Of a stretch of DNA of 64,000 nt, positions 62,892 through 64,000 are shown piece by piece (the first letter of the stretch is position 1; each line of letters starts with the position of its first letter). Position numbers and translations under genes: made by a program. Source of the DNA: Octopus vulgaris. Taxonomy: Eukaryota. The notes below the pieces were generated by a model. It searched no databases. It was not told the origin of the DNA and saw only the letters and a list, made by a program, of their open reading frames with translations. The stretch covers positions 37,448,001-37,512,000 of the forward strand of contig OX597839.1 of the NCBI GenBank assembly GCA_951406725.2. The letters are read 5' to 3'.

Positions 62892-63517
62892 CATCATCAT
62901 CCTCATCGTTTAACGTCCGTTTTCCATGCTAGCATGGGTTGGACGGTTCAACTGCAGTCTGGGAAGCCAGAAGGCTGCACCAGGCCCAGTCTGATCTGGC
63001 AGTGTTTCTACGGCTGGATGCCCTTCCTAACGCCAACCACTCCGTGAGTGTAGTGGGTGCTTTTTATATGCCACCTGCACAGGTGCCAAACGAGGTTGGC
63101 AAACGGCCATGATCGGATGGTGCTTTTTACGTGCCACCGGCACAAAGGCCAGATGAGGCTGGCAAACGGCCATGATCGGATGGTGCTTTTTACTTGCCAC
63201 CGGCACAAAGGCCAGACGAGGCTGGCAAACAGCCATGATCAGATGGTGCTTTTTACTTGCCACCGGCACAGAGGCCAGATGAGGCTGGCAAACGGCCATG
63301 ATCGGATGGTGCTTTTTTACGTGCCACCGGCACAGGGGCCAGATGAGGCTGGCAAACGGCCATGATCGGATGGTGCTTTTTTACGTGCCACCGGCACAGG
63401 GGCCAGATGAGGCTTGGCAAACGGCCACGATCGGATGGTGCTTTTTACATGCCACCGGCATATAGGCCACTCGGGGCGGCGCTGGCAACAGCCACGTTCG
63501 GATGGTTCTCTTACATG
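62892..63517 (-). mobile_element. RTE 3' UTR fragment (family C) with ~7 tandem 63-bp units
   Basis: GGTGCTTTTT recurs every 63 bp from 63056 to 63445. Confidence 0.85.
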
Positions 63518-63807
63518 TCACGTACAGAAAAAAATCAATCCTTTAAGTTTTCCAATGAGAGTTAGAATGTACAGGTCGGAGACCCTGATCCTTTTGTAGG
63601 GTGTGAGAGCTGGATTCTTACAACTGACATGGAGTGAAGGGTCCAGATGTTTCAGCAGAAGGGCTTCACAAGGCTGCTGCTACACATCGCAAACACAGAA
63701 CACAAAATGGACGGCTTTGCCAGGCAGCAAATCAACAAATACACCATCAGACAAGAACCACTCCTTGTACAGGTAAAAAGACAGAGGCTTGCCTGATACA
63801 GTCCTGT

Positions 63808-64000
63808 ATCCTATTTCGTTACTACCCACAGGGGCTAAACACAGGGGGGACAAACAAGGACAGACAAACGGATTAAGTCGATTATATCGACCCCAGAGCG
63901 TAACTGGTACTTATTTAATCGACCCCGAAAGGATGAAAGGCAAAGTCGACCTCGGCGGAATTTGAACTCAGAACGTAACAGCAGACGAAATACGGCTACG
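63808..64000 (-). mobile_element. MetaSINE-like SINE, truncated by the window edge
   Basis: Near-identical to 57303-57538 and 46973-47190. Confidence 0.8.

Overview
Eukaryotic (animal) genomic DNA, AT-rich and crowded with microsatellites and SINEs. The repeat families look like those of an octopus or other coleoid cephalopod; this is inferred from repeat style, not from a database match. Two spliced genes are readable, arranged tail-to-tail. (1) A complete 92-aa SH3BGRL3-like thioredoxin-fold gene on +, with coding exons 15005-15049, 43057-43224 and 48087-48152, a 28-kb first intron and a probable intron in the 3' UTR. (2) The last three coding exons of CSTF1 (CstF-50, WD40) on -, at 62377-62233, 60821-60741 and 59429-59317. 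Most of the rest is repeats: MetaSINE-like and CORE-like SINEs, RTE 3' ends with a variable 62-bp structured array, CR1-like and Tx1-like LINE ends, piggyBac-like and Tc1/mariner MITEs, a degenerate tRNA-Lys, a 2-kb 40-bp satellite and a hairpin-bearing ~68-bp minisatellite just past the CSTF1 stop. The most unusual signal is a set of short elements, mostly sitting in (TA)n tracts. They carry whole or partial hammerhead-ribozyme motifs, resembling Penelope pseudo-LTRs or retrozymes, and repeatedly coincide with perfect fold-back palindromes. Almost all ORFs in the supplied track are microsatellite or repeat artefacts.
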